From positions 690,001 through 722,000 of the forward strand of contig CP066689.1 of NCBI GenBank assembly GCA_016432445.1: a stretch of DNA of 32,000 bases, read 5' to 3'. Of this stretch, positions 31,914 through 32,000 are shown piece by piece. The notes beneath the pieces were generated by a model. That model did no database searches. It was not told the DNA's origin and worked only from the letters and a program-made list of their open reading frames with translations. Source of the stretch: Candidatus Saccharimonadota bacterium. Lineage in GTDB: Bacteria > Patescibacteriota > Microgenomatia > UBA1406 > GWC2-37-13. Made by a program: the position numbers and the translations under genes. Position 1 is the stretch's first letter; each line of letters opens with the position of its first letter.

Positions 31914-32000
31914 ATGAAAAAAATCCTTCTCATCCTTTCATTGATTTTTATATTTTTTCTAAGTCTTAATTACTTTTATCTTCAGTATATTTCTTATTTG
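31914..32000 (+). CDS. N-terminus of a membrane/secreted protein (partial, runs off window)
   Basis: ATG at 31914. MKKILLILSLIFIFFLSLNYFYLQYISYL... is open to the window edge. Confidence 0.4.
   Translation, partial: MKKILLILSLIFIFFLSLNYFYLQYISYL

Overview
AT-rich, gene-dense bacterial fragment. G+C is about one third by eye. Most genes have no Shine-Dalgarno (SD) sequence. The gene content and a very divergent 16S rRNA look like a Candidate Phyla Radiation / Patescibacteria (Microgenomates-like) genome; this is inference, since no database search was possible. Housekeeping content: partial YfhO-like membrane protein, SAM methyltransferase, type IV pilin-like protein, O-antigen-ligase/TPR protein, mreB, a stand-alone 16S rRNA gene, an Nramp-related transporter paired with a soluble MgtE-N/CBS protein, a tRNA cluster, a GNAT/CelD-like protein, a membrane-anchored Clp/Hsp100-like ATPase, galU, rpsB-tsf-frr, rseP, a kinase, proS, a DHH protein, rpsU, a ybeY-like gene, dnaX, ybaB, prs, recR, rnj, a DUF59-like protein, a K/E-rich protein and tRNA-Pro. 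Four things stand out. (1) A flawless tRNA-Ile(GAU) gene sits inside the anticodon loop of a second, otherwise canonical tRNA gene. Its flanks are self-complementary and give a bulge-helix-bulge-like geometry. A 5'-truncated tRNA-like element with encoded CCA lies next to the cluster. (2) Between rnj and tRNA-Pro there are three compositionally foreign micro-cassettes with higher G+C. Each ORF in them has a strong GAAAGGA/AGGAGG SD. They encode only small membrane or Cys-rich proteins, including two paralogous 4-TM proteins. Each cassette ends in a copy of a conserved three-way-junction element, and two of them start with a conserved structured leader. (3) Almost every AT-rich intergenic spacer is built from phased degenerate 7-nt tandem repeats followed by their reverse complements. 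(4) There are GC-rich palindromic intergenic elements. All calls rest on reading the sequence and the supplied ORF track by eye.
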